Shown here: positions 52,625 through 64,000 of the stretch, piece after piece
Numbering within the stretch: the first letter of the stretch is position 1
Layout of the letters: each line of letters opens with the position of its first letter
NCBI GenBank assembly: GCA_044866315.1
Contig: JBIOTX010000195.1
Span: 5,175-69,174 of the forward strand
Length of the DNA: 64,000 bases
Source: Thermoanaerobaculia bacterium
GTDB taxonomy: Bacteria > Acidobacteriota > Thermoanaerobaculia > Gp7-AA8
Reading direction: 5' to 3'
The notes under the pieces: model-generated
What the model was told of the DNA's origin: nothing
The model's database searches: none
The model's input: only the letters and a program-made list of their open reading frames with translations
Program-made: the position numbers and the translations under genes

Positions 52625-52996
52625 CTACGACAGCATCCCCTTCTCCTGGAGCTCCTGGCAGTCGATGCAGAAGGGCGTCCAGGGGACGGCCTGGAGGCGC
52701 TTTTCGCCGATCTCGGCGCCGCAGTTGGTGCAGGTGCCGTAGGAGCCGTCCTTGATGCGGTTGAAGGCCTCTTCGATGAGCATGAGCAGGTTGCGCTCGC
52801 CGTCGGAGAGGGAGAAGTTGAGCTCCTTGGAGTAGGCGCTGGCGGCCTTGTCGGCCAAGTCCTGGATCCCGTCGTCGGGGGAGGCATTGCCGGCAGCCTT
52901 GTCGCGCTGATAGGAGTCGACCAGCTCGCGCTGCTTGGCGCGGAGGGCGTCCTCATGAAGCTGGTAAGGGTTGACTTTCGCTTTCGTTCTGGCCAT
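52625..52996 (-). CDS. DksA/TraR C4 zinc-finger protein
   Basis: DLADKA, YGTCTNCG.EI...RL.AVP and CIDC. Confidence 0.92.
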   Translation of the reverse strand: MARTKAKVNPYQLHEDALRAKQRELVDSYQRDKAAGNASPDDGIQDLADKAASAYSKELNFSLSDGERNLLMLIEEAFNRIKDGSYGTCTNCGAEIGEKRLQAVPWTPFCIDCQELQEKGMLS

Positions 52997-53027
52997 TCGA
53001 GCCTCTTCGCCCCGCGCTTCGCCGGGG

Positions 53028-53498
53028 CTATTTGTGGTACGAGATGTTGCGCATCAACGTGCAGGCGCGATAGATCTGTTCCAGTAGGACCGCGCGAGCG
53101 AGCTGGTGCGGCAGGGTCATGGGGGACAGACTCAGGAGCTTGTCCGCCCGCTGGCGCACGGTGTCGTCGAATCCGACGTCCCCACCTACTATAAAATTGA
53201 CGCCGTGCGGGCTGTCGATGGTGAGCCTCTCCACCCATCGTGCAAACTTCAAAGAATCAAGGAGTTGCCCGCGTTCATCGAGGACAACCACATACCCTTT
53301 GTCGGGTATCGCGGCGACCAGCCGCGCGGATTGAGCGCGCATGATAGCCACATCGCTCTGACGTTGTCTACCGCGCTCCGGTGCCACTTCCGCAACCTCG
53401 ATCGGGAAGAAGTGCTTGATCCGATTGAGGTAACGCTCGGCCACGGCGGCGAGCTCGACGTCGGCATGGGAACCGGCCCAGATAAATCGAAATTTCAT
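53028..53498 (-). CDS. rlmH: 23S rRNA m3Psi1915 methyltransferase
   Basis: LDERG, FIVGG and MTLPHQLAR..LLEQIYRA...YHK. Confidence 0.95.
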   Translation of the reverse strand: MKFRFIWAGSHADVELAAVAERYLNRIKHFFPIEVAEVAPERGRQRQSDVAIMRAQSARLVAAIPDKGYVVVLDERGQLLDSLKFARWVERLTIDSPHGVNFIVGGDVGFDDTVRQRADKLLSLSPMTLPHQLARAVLLEQIYRACTLMRNISYHK

Positions 53499-53501
53499 AA
53501 A

Positions 53502-53568
53502 CAGTGGCCAGTAGCCGGTAGCCAGTCGCCAGGGAAAACCGGGCTACTGGGAACTGGCTACTGGCTAC
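53502..53568. repeat. inverted pair of degenerate 7-bp repeats (CAGTAGC / GCTACTG)
   Basis: Directly visible in the intergenic gap. Confidence 0.7.
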
Positions 53569-54473
53569 TCCAATCCGTATTTGCGGCGCTTCTCCAAGAG
53601 CGTCTTCCGATTGATGCCGAGGATCTCCGCGGCGCGCGAGTAGTTCGAGCGGGTGATGCGGAGGACTTCGCGGATGTAGTGGGACTCGAGCTCGTCGAGG
53701 GTCCAGGCGCCGCGGGCGGCGGTGGCGATGAGGTTCTCTCCAAGGGGTAGAGCGGCGGCGGTGATGCGGTCGCCGTCCCCTAAGAGCGACGCCCGCTCGA
53801 TGACGTTGCGCAGCTCGCGGACGTTGCCGGGCCAGGGATAGCTACGGAGCACGCGCTCGGCGCCGGCGTCGAGGCGCTGGCCCTTCTTCAGAAACTGTTT
53901 CGCCAGGGGGACGATGTCCTCGGGGCGCTCGCGCAGCGGCGGAAGGGTCAGGGTGACGACGTTGACGCGGTAGTAGAAGTCGCGGCGCAGAGCAGAGACG
54001 TCGGCGTTGGACGAGGAGACGATGCGCGCCTCGAAGGGCACGCTCGCGCCGCCGCCGAGGCGGGTGAAGCGGCGCTCCTCGATCACGCGCAGGAGCTTGG
54101 CCTGGAGCTGGGGGGTGAGCGCGGAGATCTCGTCGAAGTAGACCGTGCCGCGGCGCGCGGTCTCGAGCTTGCCGAGCTTGCGGGCGTGGGCGTCGGTGAA
54201 GGTGCCGCGCTCGTGGCCGAAGAGCTCACTCTCGAAGAGGTCCGCGGGAATGGTCGCGCACTCGATGTGCACGAACGGCTCTTCGCGGCGGCTGCCGGAG
54301 GCGTGAATGGCCCCGGCCAGGAAGTCCTTGCCGGTTCCGGACTCGCCGAGGATCAGGATGGGGACGTCGCGGTCGAGGACCTTCTCGACCGTCTCCAGCA
54401 CGTTGCGCATCGCAGCACTGCGCGTGCGAAAGCGGTCGCGGAGGCGAGGCTCACGACGTCTTCTTGAGAGCAC
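53565..54473 (-). CDS. sigma54-dependent activator (AAA+ and Fis-HTH) with no sensor domain
   Basis: GESGTGKD, ESELFGH..GTFTDA, WPGNVREL and AAEILGI.R.TL; start could be 54410. Confidence 0.88.
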   Translation of the reverse strand: MLSRRRREPRLRDRFRTRSAAMRNVLETVEKVLDRDVPILILGESGTGKDFLAGAIHASGSRREEPFVHIECATIPADLFESELFGHERGTFTDAHARKLGKLETARRGTVYFDEISALTPQLQAKLLRVIEERRFTRLGGGASVPFEARIVSSSNADVSALRRDFYYRVNVVTLTLPPLRERPEDIVPLAKQFLKKGQRLDAGAERVLRSYPWPGNVRELRNVIERASLLGDGDRITAAALPLGENLIATAARGAWTLDELESHYIREVLRITRSNYSRAAEILGINRKTLLEKRRKYGLE

Positions 54474-54846
54474 CGCGTTGCTGCGCTTCTTCGGTGAAGT
54501 CGGCGGTCACGTTCGGCGCATCGCCCCAGAGGCGCTCCAGTCCATAGAACCGCCGCACGTCCTCGGTGAAGATGTGGACGATGAAGTCGCCGAAGTCGAG
54601 GAGGACCCAGCGGCCGGGGGTGCTCCCCTCCACGAGCAGCGGCTTCACGTTCATCTCCTTTTTCAGCTTCTCCAGGATGGCGTCGGCGATGGCCTGGGCC
54701 TGACGCTCGTTCGAGGCGGAGGTGAGAACGAAGTAGTCGGCGATCGAGGTGAGGTCGCCGACGGCCAGCACGTCGAGATCGAATGCCTTCTTGTCCAGGG
54801 CCGCGGCCACTGCCAGGCGAACGCGGCTTTCAATGGAATCGTTCAC
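54451..54846 (-). CDS. rsfS: ribosome silencing factor
   Basis: DKKA.D, DYFV, WVLLD.GD.IVH and FY.LERLW. Confidence 0.95.
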   Translation of the reverse strand: MNDSIESRVRLAVAAALDKKAFDLDVLAVGDLTSIADYFVLTSASNERQAQAIADAILEKLKKEMNVKPLLVEGSTPGRWVLLDFGDFIVHIFTEDVRRFYGLERLWGDAPNVTADFTEEAQQRGALKKTS

Positions 54847-55471
54847 GATTGGCCCTTTCGATAGAGTCCGTAGTGATGAATGTAATGCGAGACGCGCGCG
54901 TCCACCAGATGGTCGATGGGCTGACCGTCGCGGATGCGCAGGCGGATCTCGGTCGAGGAGACGGGGATGGTGGCGTTCTCGGCGAAGACGATGGCGCCGT
55001 GAGTGGAGCGCCGGGAGGCCGTGGAGAGGCGCGCTCTCAGCGCGCCGGGAAGATCGGCGGGCTGAGAGCCCGCCGCTCCACGCGTCAACACGACGAAGTT
55101 CGCGAGATCGAAGATGCGATCGATGGACTTCCACTCCAGAAGGGACTCGAGGTTGTCGTCGCCGATGACCCAGTCGAGGGTGGCGCCGGGATGCTCGCTC
55201 CGCAGCTGCTGCAGGGTGTCGACCGTGTAGGAGATCGCGGCGCGCTCCAGCTCCTGCGGAGAGACGAAGACGTCCTCGTGATTCTCGGTGGCCAGGATGG
55301 CCATGGCGAAGCGGTGATAGCCGGAGGCGGTGTCGCGCTCCTGCTTGAAGGGATTGACGAAGGCGGGGATGTAGAGGATCCGGTTCCAGCCCAACCCATC
55401 GCGGACGGCGAGGACCGGGTCGAGGTGGCCGCGATGGAAGGGATCGAAGGTACCGCCGCAGATTCCGATTC

Positions 55472-55475
<4 letters not shown>
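54843..55475 (-). CDS. nadD: nicotinate-nucleotide adenylyltransferase
   Basis: GGTFDPFHRGH, SYTVDTL and SSTEIR. Confidence 0.95.
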
Positions 55476-56482
<1,007 letters not shown>

Positions 56483-56512
56483 CTACTTCTCAGTGCTAGG
56501 GATGTACCACAG

Positions 56513-56541
56513 AAAACAAAACGGCGGGCTAAAGCCCGCCG
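56513..56541 (-). terminator. rho-independent terminator after rpmA
   Basis: CGGCGGGCT/AGCCCGCCG stem with T-tract on the minus strand. Confidence 0.7.
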
Positions 56542-56564
56542 CTCCACGATTGCGTCGAAATGGG

Positions 56565-56822
56565 TTACTCGGCTGGCGTGACGGTCACGTAGCGGCCGCG
56601 CTCGCCTTTGTCGTGGAAGCTCACCACGCCGTCGATCTTGGCGAAGAGCGTGTGATCGCGACCCATGCCGACGTTCACGCCCGGGTAGAACTTCGTGCCG
56701 CGCTGGCGGACGATGATCGAGCCGCCGGTGACGAACTGGCCGGCGAAGCGCTTCACGCCGAGCATCTTCGGCTGAGAGTCGCGGCCGTTGCGCGAAGAGC
56801 CCTGTCCCTTTTTATGTGCCAT
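56565..56822 (-). CDS. rpmA: 50S ribosomal protein L27
   Basis: [16 protein letters not shown]. Confidence 0.98.
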   Translation of the reverse strand: MAHKKGQGSSRNGRDSQPKMLGVKRFAGQFVTGGSIIVRQRGTKFYPGVNVGMGRDHTLFAKIDGVVSFHDKGERGRYVTVTPAE

Positions 56823-56832
56823 TGGATCCCCC

Positions 56833-57150
56833 TCAGACGTTGATGCTGTCGATGCGCACTTCCACGACGTCCTGGCGGTGGCCGTGGGTCCGCTTGGTGT
56901 GGTTCTTCCGGCGCTTCTTCTTGAAAACGATGATCTTGTCGCCGCGGGTCTCGCGGACAACGGTAGCCACCACGGACGCGCCGGAGACGGTCGGGGTGCC
57001 GACCTTGGGCTCGTCGCCGCCGACCATCAGCACTTCGTTGAACGTGACCTTGTCGGACTCGGCAGTGCCGAGGGCGTCACGCTCGACCTGAAGGCGATCT
57101 CCTTCGGCGACGCGGTACTGCTTTCCACCGGAACGAATGATGGCGTACAC
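56833..57150 (-). CDS. rplU: 50S ribosomal protein L21
   Basis: YAII.SGGKQY.V and GHRQ; GGAGG RBS before GTG. Confidence 0.97.
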   Translation of the reverse strand: MYAIIRSGGKQYRVAEGDRLQVERDALGTAESDKVTFNEVLMVGGDEPKVGTPTVSGASVVATVVRETRGDKIIVFKKKRRKNHTKRTHGHRQDVVEVRIDSINV

Positions 57151-57249
57151 AGATCCTCCAAGAAAAGCGCTGCTAAATAACACGCCGGACGGGTGATAGT
57201 CAACGGCGCGGACCGGGTTCAACTCGTTGAAGGGGCAGCGAATTCCCGG

Positions 57250-57325
57250 TTTAGGAGTGCGGTAGCGAAGCTACCGCTTTGGGATTCGGATAGAAAAGCG
57301 GTGGCTGCGCCACCGCACTCCTAAA
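57250..57325. repeat. REP-like inverted doublet
   Basis: TTTAGGAGTGCGGTAGC..GCTACCGCTTT ... AAAGCGGTGGC..GCCACCGCACTCCTAAA. Confidence 0.75.
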
Positions 57326-57355
57326 AGGAGCGGCGGGCGTGAGGCCCGCCGCTCC
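57323..57355 (-). terminator. terminator after the TonB-receptor gene
   Basis: 12-bp GC stem GGAGCGGCGGGC followed by TTTT on the minus strand. Confidence 0.75.
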
Positions 57356-57364
57356 CGGGAGGAA

Positions 57365-60214
57365 TTAGAACCGGAAACGGGCGCCGAGCTGGGCCAGGCG
57401 CTGCTCGCCCTGGCCGGTGTCGCCGGCGAAGACCGTCGGCTGGTACTGGCCGGAGGAGTCGCGGACGAAGCGGGTGCCGTTCTTGGAGTTGAGGAGGTTG
57501 AAGATCTCGCCGATGAGCTCGACGCCGTACTTGCCGCCGAACCGGAACTCCTTGGCGAGGCGCACGTCGATCTGCGAGAAGCTGTCGCCGCGCTCGGTGT
57601 TCACGTGGTCGACGCCGGCGGCGAGGACGTTCGGGTAGCCGAAGTGCGTCGCGGACGGGTCGAACTTCGTGAACGGAAGCGCGGAGCGATAGCGCAGGAT
57701 GCCGGAGATGTTGATGTCGAAGGGCGCGCGGTAGAGGCCGCTCAGGGTGACGCGGTGACGGGCGTCGGTGAAGAGCGGGCCGAAGTTCTCGTCCGCGTAC
57801 GGATCGAGCGGGTTGACCGGGGTGTTCAGCTGGGCATCGGCCTGGGAACCGCCGTCCCACAGACGGAACTCATCGGCGCCCGTGAGCACGTTCCCTTCGG
57901 CCTCGGACCAAGTGTAGAAGCCCTGGGCTTCGAAGCGCGTGGAGCGTGCGCGGAAGCCGACGTTGAAGCCCTTGTACTCGGCCGAGCCGTCACCCACCCA
58001 CACGCGGACGTTGCCCGAGGAGCCGGCGCCGAGGATGCGGGTCGCGCCGATCTGCGGGTTCCCGCGGAAGCGGAAGGGGATGTTCTCGTAGTCGATGTGC
58101 ACGGCCTCGAAGTTCAGGCCGAGCCAGTTGTTCACTTCCCAGGAGTAGCCGAGGGAGAGCTGTTCCGACTCCGGAGACTCGAACGACTTCTGGGCGATGT
58201 TGTTCGGCAGGATGGCCCCGCCGCCCTGGTTGGGAGGCAGCGGCTGGCCCGGGCGGAAGAACGAGCCGTCCGGGTTGCGGATGCCGTTCGGATCCTCGTG
58301 CGAGTAGACGATGCCGTAGGTGGACTGCACCGCGGCCGCCGGGAAGAGGATCGTGGCGTTGGTGTACGGGAAGTCGTAGTAGATGCCGTAGCCGCCGCGG
58401 AGGACGTGCTTGCCGTTGGCCTGCAGGTCGTAGGTGAAGCCGAGGCGCGGGCCCCAGTTGTTGTCGTCATCGTCGAGCTGGTCGGCCTTTCCTTCGGCGA
58501 ACGGCCGGAGGTAGGCGATCTCCGGATGGGCCGCCGCGGCCGCCTTGTACAGCGGCAGGAGCGGATTGGTCCGCTGATCGAGATCGAAGCCCGTCCACTT
58601 GTCGTAGCGGATGCCGGCGTTCAGCTTGAACTGATCGGTGATGCCGATGTCGTCCTGGAAGTAGAAGTTGTACTGATCGACGGGAGTGTGATCGCCGAAG
58701 AACCCGCCGAAGATGGTGATCGCGGCGACCGGGGAGTCGGCGCGGTCCTCGAGCATGTCGTAGCGGCCGGTGGTGCCGGTGGTGAAGTCGCCGCCGAGAA
58801 TCGGCTCGTGAATGTAATTGAGGCCGGTCTTGAAGTCGTGGCGGCGGCCCATGAAGGTCGACGACCAGCTGAAGTCATCCTTGAACTGCGACTTCTCCTG
58901 GATGGTGGTCTGCGGGGTGTTGACGTTCTGGCCGGACTGGACGCCGGAGGGGAAGTAGAAGTTCGGATCGTCCGAGTCGGCGGTGATGCCGTTCTCGAAG
59001 CGGGTCCACTGGTAGACGAACTCGTTCAGCTTGTCGCCGCCGATGGTCCAGGTGTGGCTGGCCAGCGCGGACTTGTAGTCGTTCGAGATCGTGCCCCAGC
59101 CGGTCGGGGCGATGTAGGGGAAGGCGGCGTACTTGTCGCTGTTCTTCTGGAAGCCGTAGCGGACCGAGATGAGCTGCTTGGCGGTGGCGTTGAGGGTGGC
59201 CTTGACGGTGCCCAGCTCGTCCTCGAACGGCACGCTCGCCGACGTTCCGTCCAGGCTCGGGAAGATCCCGCCGGTGTCGAAGGTGGTGGTGGTGTCGCGG
59301 TCGGTCTTCTCGTAGGTGCCGAAGAAGTGGGCCTTGTCGCGGATGATCGGACCGCCGAGGGAGGCGCCGTACTGCTTGCGCTCGTAGTCGCCCTTGGGGG
59401 CGTCGTTGAGCCTTTCGGTCTCGGTCTTCTCGTTGAGACCCTTGTCGCGGAAGAAGCCGTAGACGCTACCGGAGAAGTCGTTCGTGCCGGTCTTGGTGAC
59501 GACGCTCAGGACGCCGCCGGACGAACGGCCGTACTCGGCCTTGTACTGCATCGTCTGGATCTTGAACTCCTGCACGGCCTCGAGGTTGAAGTTCTGCAGG
59601 GCGCCGCCGATCGTGTCGTCGGTGTTGTCGCCGCCATCGATCAGGTAGTTCACGTTGCGGCCGCTGCCGCCGTTGAGGGCCACGGTCAGCTGGCCCGGCT
59701 TGGTCGGGTCGGCGTTGACCGAGAGGGTCGTGCCCGGCGCGAGCGAGGCCAGGTTCGCGAACTGCCGGCCGTTGAGCGGCAGGTTCTCGAGCTCCTGCTG
59801 GCTGACGACCGTGCCCACCGAGGGCTCGGTGGCGATGAGCGGCGCGTCGGCGGTCACGGTGATCGCCTCCTGCACCGCGGCCTGCTTGAGCGTGACGTTG
59901 ATCTCACGCGGCGTGGCCACTTGCAGCTCGACGTTCTCGGTGGTCACCGTCGAGAAGCCGGAAAGCTCCGCGGTCACTTTGTACGTGCCGACGGGCAGCG
60001 CGGCGAAGCGATAGGAACCGTCCGATTCAGTCACCGTGGTGCGAACCAGACCGGTCTGGGTGTTGGTCGCGGTCACGGTCACACCGGGAACCGCACCCCC
60101 CGACTCGTCCGCGACGCGGCCCGAGAGCGAGGAGCCCGCGGACTGCGCGAAGAGCAAGGAGGGTATGAGGAGGGCTATGAGAGCGATGGTGGTCCATCTG
60201 AAACGACTAGTCAT
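57365..60214 (-). CDS. Oar-like TonB-dependent receptor with carboxypeptidase-regulatory-like N-domain
   Basis: G.V.D.SG..VPG.TVT, LPLNGR.F, AEYGRS.GG...VTK.GTN and C-terminal F. Confidence 0.92.
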   Translation of the reverse strand: MTSRFRWTTIALIALLIPSLLFAQSAGSSLSGRVADESGGAVPGVTVTATNTQTGLVRTTVTESDGSYRFAALPVGTYKVTAELSGFSTVTTENVELQVATPREINVTLKQAAVQEAITVTADAPLIATEPSVGTVVSQQELENLPLNGRQFANLASLAPGTTLSVNADPTKPGQLTVALNGGSGRNVNYLIDGGDNTDDTIGGALQNFNLEAVQEFKIQTMQYKAEYGRSSGGVLSVVTKTGTNDFSGSVYGFFRDKGLNEKTETERLNDAPKGDYERKQYGASLGGPIIRDKAHFFGTYEKTDRDTTTTFDTGGIFPSLDGTSASVPFEDELGTVKATLNATAKQLISVRYGFQKNSDKYAAFPYIAPTGWGTISNDYKSALASHTWTIGGDKLNEFVYQWTRFENGITADSDDPNFYFPSGVQSGQNVNTPQTTIQEKSQFKDDFSWSSTFMGRRHDFKTGLNYIHEPILGGDFTTGTTGRYDMLEDRADSPVAAITIFGGFFGDHTPVDQYNFYFQDDIGITDQFKLNAGIRYDKWTGFDLDQRTNPLLPLYKAAAAAHPEIAYLRPFAEGKADQLDDDDNNWGPRLGFTYDLQANGKHVLRGGYGIYYDFPYTNATILFPAAAVQSTYGIVYSHEDPNGIRNPDGSFFRPGQPLPPNQGGGAILPNNIAQKSFESPESEQLSLGYSWEVNNWLGLNFEAVHIDYENIPFRFRGNPQIGATRILGAGSSGNVRVWVGDGSAEYKGFNVGFRARSTRFEAQGFYTWSEAEGNVLTGADEFRLWDGGSQADAQLNTPVNPLDPYADENFGPLFTDARHRVTLSGLYRAPFDINISGILRYRSALPFTKFDPSATHFGYPNVLAAGVDHVNTERGDSFSQIDVRLAKEFRFGGKYGVELIGEIFNLLNSKNGTRFVRDSSGQYQPTVFAGDTGQGEQRLAQLGARFRF

Positions 60215-60370
60215 GCGTCACCGTCCTTGAAGTGTGTTGCAGCGTTGCCGATGAAAATTTAGGGGCAATCATACGGCAACGCCGTCCGCGCACAACTGCC
60301 CTTTTTGCGAGATTTTTCAACGATTTCGGTCATTCGGATTTTTGGACGAACAAATCCAAAGAGACGGATT

Positions 60371-62446
60371 TCAGCGCGCCGCGGGCATCCTGGCGAGCAT
60401 CGCCTGCGCGGTCTGCCGCTGACGCGTCCAGGCCGGGTCGTTCGCCGAGCGGGCGATGAAGGTGCGGTAGTCGGCCGCGGCCGCGGCCAGATCGCCGCCG
60501 AGCTGCAGGGCCACGGCGCGATTCAGTCGGGCCTCGAGATAGTCGGGCGAGAGCTGAAGGGCGCGATCGAAGCTGGCCACGGCGTCGGAGAAGCGGTTCT
60601 GATCGATCTGCAGCGCGCCGAGGCCGTTGAAGGGATCGGGATAGTTCGGAGCGAGGGCGATGGCCCTGCGGAAGGCCTCCTCCGCCTCGGCGGCATTGCC
60701 CATCGCCCGCGCGGCGTTGCCGATGTTGTTGTGCACGCGCGCGTTTCGCGGATCGATGGCCGCCGCCTTCCGGAACTCTTCGAGCGCCACTGCCTGCCGG
60801 CCTTCCGCAGAGTGGATGATCCCGAGCACGTTGTGGGCGTCGGGGTTGTTCGCGTCGCGCCGCAACGCCTCGCGCACCGCTTCCGCGGCGCGCGGAAGAT
60901 CGCCCGCCTCCTGGAACGCGGCGGCGAGGTTGTACCAGGCTTGGGCGTCTTCCGGCGCGAAGGCCACCGACTCGCGGTACAACTCGATGGCGCGCTCGGC
61001 GCGGCCGCGATGGCGCTCGACTTTCGCCAGCGTCGCGCGAAAGACCGAGTTTTCCGGATCGCGGCGCATGAGGTCCTCGAGCATGGCCGCGGCCTCGTCG
61101 TAGCGCTTCGCCGTCGTGGCCCACGTGGCCTCTTCGAACTTGCGGAACAGCGGCGCCATCACCTTCGGGTCGGGACGCGGTCCCGTGCGCGGCGACGGCA
61201 CGCCGCCGACATACCCGAGCGCAGCCAGCTTGGCCATGGCCTCGGCATCCGGCGCAGTGGACGGTTTCGCGGGTTTCGCCGTCGTCGCGCGCAGCGTGGT
61301 CAGGCTGTCGGAGAGCGCGCGCATCACCCGCCGCTCGTCGCTGTACAGATTGCGGCTCTCGCCCGGATCGCGCGCGAGGTCGTACAGCTCCGGTGCCGGC
61401 GCGGCGATGAATTTGTTGTTGCCGCGGCGCAGCGCCGCGAGCGCGCTCCAGCCGAAGACGGTCGGATACTCGGTCTCCGCGTAGACGTCCGCCGCCGGCG
61501 GCTCGTCGCCCTTGCGCAGGAACTCCGACAGATCGCGGCCGTCGACCTTCGGCGCATCCGCGAGCTGCATTAGTCCGGCGAGCGTGGGCATGATGTCGGC
61601 GAGGCTGACGGGCGTCTTCACCACGCCCGGCTTCATGAGGCCCGGCGCGGCGACGATCAGCGGCACGCGCAGCGTCGGCTCGTAGAGCAGGAGGCCGTGG
61701 GTCAGTTCTCCGTGCTCGCCGAGGGCCTCGCCGTGATCGCCGGCGATGACCACGATCGTGTCGTCGCCCACCTGGGCGAGCAGCCGCTGCACCTGCTGGT
61801 CGACAAAGGCGATCTCGCCGTCGTACGGCGACGACGCGTACTTGCTGCGAAACGGCTCCGGCGCGGCGTACGGCGCGTGCGGATCGTAGAGGTGGACCCA
61901 GCCGAAGAACGGCCGCCCGTCGTTCGCGCCGAGCCAGGCCAGGGCCCGGTCGACGACGTGGTCGGCGCGGCGCTCGGCCTCGAGATGATCGCCGAGGGTG
62001 GGATCGCGGGGGATCTCGTCGTCGTACACGGCGAAGCCGCGATTGAGTCCGAAGCGGTGATCGAGCACGAACGCGCCGGTGAACGCGCCGGTGCGATACC
62101 CACGCGCCTCGAGGAGCGTGGCCAGCGTCGGCCGATCCTCGGGGAAGGTGCCGAGGCCGTTGTTGCGCAGGCCGTGGTGGAGCGGGAGCAGTCCGGAAAG
62201 GATGGTCGCGTGGGAGGGCAGCGTGAGCGGCACCGCGCTGCCGGCGCGGTCGAAGCGGACGCCGCGCGCGGCGAGGGCGTCGATGTTCGGGGTCGTGCCG
62301 CTTTTCGAGCCGTAGGCGCCGACGTGATCGGCGCGGAGGGTGTCGAGGGTGATGAGGAGGACGTTGTAGTTCTTCGGTTCCGCCCGCGCGCAGGAGAGAA
62401 GAAGGCAGAAGGCAAAAGGCAGAAGGCAGAAGGCAGAACGTTTCAC
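60371..62446 (-). CDS. sulfatase-like hydrolase with C-terminal TPRs; probable lipoprotein
   Basis: [14 protein letters not shown] in place of CxPxR, HLYDPH.PY and GDHGE; GTG overlaps the pccB stop. Confidence 0.88.
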   Translation of the reverse strand: MKRSAFCLLPFAFCLLLSCARAEPKNYNVLLITLDTLRADHVGAYGSKSGTTPNIDALAARGVRFDRAGSAVPLTLPSHATILSGLLPLHHGLRNNGLGTFPEDRPTLATLLEARGYRTGAFTGAFVLDHRFGLNRGFAVYDDEIPRDPTLGDHLEAERRADHVVDRALAWLGANDGRPFFGWVHLYDPHAPYAAPEPFRSKYASSPYDGEIAFVDQQVQRLLAQVGDDTIVVIAGDHGEALGEHGELTHGLLLYEPTLRVPLIVAAPGLMKPGVVKTPVSLADIMPTLAGLMQLADAPKVDGRDLSEFLRKGDEPPAADVYAETEYPTVFGWSALAALRRGNNKFIAAPAPELYDLARDPGESRNLYSDERRVMRALSDSLTTLRATTAKPAKPSTAPDAEAMAKLAALGYVGGVPSPRTGPRPDPKVMAPLFRKFEEATWATTAKRYDEAAAMLEDLMRRDPENSVFRATLAKVERHRGRAERAIELYRESVAFAPEDAQAWYNLAAAFQEAGDLPRAAEAVREALRRDANNPDAHNVLGIIHSAEGRQAVALEEFRKAAAIDPRNARVHNNIGNAARAMGNAAEAEEAFRRAIALAPNYPDPFNGLGALQIDQNRFSDAVASFDRALQLSPDYLEARLNRAVALQLGGDLAAAAADYRTFIARSANDPAWTRQRQTAQAMLARMPAAR
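62401..62438. repeat. (GAAGGCA)x5 inside the signal-peptide coding region
   Basis: gaaggca gaaggca aaaggca gaaggca gaaggca gaa. Confidence 0.9.
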
Positions 62447-63972
62447 AGGGGGATGTTGCCGTGTTTCTTCGGGGGGTTCTTGTCGCGCTTGTTGCGGAGC
62501 ATCGCAAACGTCGTGATCAGTTTGCGGCGCGTGAAGCGCGGCTCGAGGATCTCGTCGATGTAGCCGCGCTCGGCGGCGATATAGGGGTTGGCGAATTTCT
62601 CTTTGTACTCGGCGATCTTCTGCTCGCGGTCGCCGGGTGTCGCTCTGTAGAGGATGTTGACCGCGCCTTCGGCTCCCATGACCGCGATCTCCGCGGTGGG
62701 ATAGGCGTAGTTTATGTCCGCGCGGATGTGCTTGGAGTTCATCACGCAGTACGCGCCGCCGTAGGCCTTGCGCGTGATGACGGTGACCTTCGGCACGGTG
62801 GCCTCCGCCAATGCGTAGAGCAGCTTCGCGCCGTGGATGATGATGCCGCCGTACTCCTGTCCCGTCCCGGGCAGGAATCCCGGCACGTCCTCGAGCACGA
62901 GGAGCGGGATGTTGAAGGCGTCGCAGAAGCGCACGAAGCGCGCGCCTTTGCGCGAGGCGTCGATGTCGAGAACGCCGGCGAGGAACGCCGGCTGGTTGGC
63001 GACGACGCCGATCGAGTAGCCGTTGAGGCGCATGAAGCCCACCACGATGTTGCGCGCGTAGTGCTGGTGGACCTCGAGGAAGTGCTCCTCGTCGGCGACG
63101 GTCTTGATCAGCTCGCGCACCTCGTAGGGCTGGTTCGGATTGCCGGGGATGAAGGTGTCGAGCGCCGGGTCGACGCGGTTGACGTCGTCGTGCGTCGGCA
63201 CGCGCGGCGCCTCTTCCAGGTTGTTGGACGGGAGGTACGAGAGCAGCTCGCGGATGAGGGCGATGCAGTCCTCGTCGGAGTCGGCGGCGAAGTGGGCGAC
63301 GCCGGAAACCTGGTTGTGCGTGTCCGCGCCGCCGAGCTTCTCCTTGGTCACCTCTTCGTGGGTCACGGTCTTGATGACGTCCGGACCGGTGACGAACATG
63401 TAGCTCGTCTTCTTCACCATCAGGATGAAGTCGGTGATCGCCGGCGAGTACACCGCGCCGCCGGCGCAGGGGCCCATGATCGCGGAGATCTGCGGCACCA
63501 CGCCCGAGGCCAGGGTGTTGCGGAGGAAGATGTCGGCGTAGCCGCCCAAGGAGACCACGCCTTCCTGGATGCGCGCGCCGCCGGAGTCGTTGAGGCCGAT
63601 GAGCGGCGCGCCGTTCTTCATGGCCAGGTCCATGATCTTCACGATCTTCGCGGCGTGGGTCTCGCTCAATGAGCCGCCGAAGACGGTGAAGTCCTGGGCG
63701 AAGGCGTAAACCAGCCGCCCCTGGATGGTGCCATAGCCGGTGACCACGCCGTCGCCGGGAATGCGCTGCTTGTCCATCCCGAAGTCGATGGAGCGGTGGA
63801 CGACGAGCTGGTCGAGCTCCTGGAACGAGCCGGGATCGAAGAGGAGGGTGATGCGCTCGCGGGCGGTGAGCTTCCCTTCGTTGTGCTGGCGGTCGATGCG
63901 GGCCTGCCCGCCGCCCAGCTCACTTTCGCGCTTGCGGCGCTCGAGCTCTTCCAGTCTGCGGTCGAGCGACAT
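62443..63972 (-). CDS. pccB: acyl-CoA carboxylase beta subunit
   Basis: [28 protein letters not shown] and KKHGNIPL. Confidence 0.93.
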   Translation of the reverse strand: MSLDRRLEELERRKRESELGGGQARIDRQHNEGKLTARERITLLFDPGSFQELDQLVVHRSIDFGMDKQRIPGDGVVTGYGTIQGRLVYAFAQDFTVFGGSLSETHAAKIVKIMDLAMKNGAPLIGLNDSGGARIQEGVVSLGGYADIFLRNTLASGVVPQISAIMGPCAGGAVYSPAITDFILMVKKTSYMFVTGPDVIKTVTHEEVTKEKLGGADTHNQVSGVAHFAADSDEDCIALIRELLSYLPSNNLEEAPRVPTHDDVNRVDPALDTFIPGNPNQPYEVRELIKTVADEEHFLEVHQHYARNIVVGFMRLNGYSIGVVANQPAFLAGVLDIDASRKGARFVRFCDAFNIPLLVLEDVPGFLPGTGQEYGGIIIHGAKLLYALAEATVPKVTVITRKAYGGAYCVMNSKHIRADINYAYPTAEIAVMGAEGAVNILYRATPGDREQKIAEYKEKFANPYIAAERGYIDEILEPRFTRRKLITTFAMLRNKRDKNPPKKHGNIPL

Positions 63973-64000
63973 TAAAGAATGATGTTCCGTTCCGCGGCGA

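Noticed and set aside
57605-60262. long antisense ORFs (also 11108-13546, 18636-21101, 20648-23050, 1487-3202)
   Set aside because: Shadow frames of real high-GC genes with no motifs of their own
60242-60282. 9-bp inverted repeat GCGTTGCCG/CGGCAACGC upstream of the TonB receptor
   Set aside because: Single instance with a long spacer; no recognisable riboswitch or operator

Overview
High-GC bacterial chromosomal window, probably Acidobacteriota (inferred from the kinase-TPR, wHTH-TPR, Oar-like TonB receptor and TPR-sulfatase genes). Housekeeping blocks lie at both ends: fumarase/aspartase, thpR, rlmN, tRNA-Cys and kup with a KdpDE-like pair on the left; holA, dksA-like, rlmH, rsfS, nadD, obgE, rpmA, rplU and pccB on the right. 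The middle holds two tandem islands at tRNA-Asn(GTT), with two downstream tRNA 3'-end copies and two decayed paralogous tyrosine integrases. One island is an intact arsenic/fluoride unit: arsR, acr3, a Cys-tailed SigZ-like sigma with mirror-image promoters, a flavoprotein with a possible nested Cys-rich peptide, an MFS transporter, a fluoride riboswitch, crcB and DUF190. The other is decaying (nosDFLY-like remnants, toxin-antitoxin remnants). The best novelty candidates are: (1) a 45.7-51 kb cluster with an ECF sigma, two zinc-finger anti-sigma-like proteins and a tandem pair of divergent sigma-like paralogs; (2) a 21-bp-phased palindrome array behind a coiled-coil/wHTH gene; (3) a subtilase split only by an in-frame TGA followed by a hairpin; (4) an intergenic-type 7-bp repeat that encodes a signal peptide. 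All calls come from motif recognition by eye; no searches were run.
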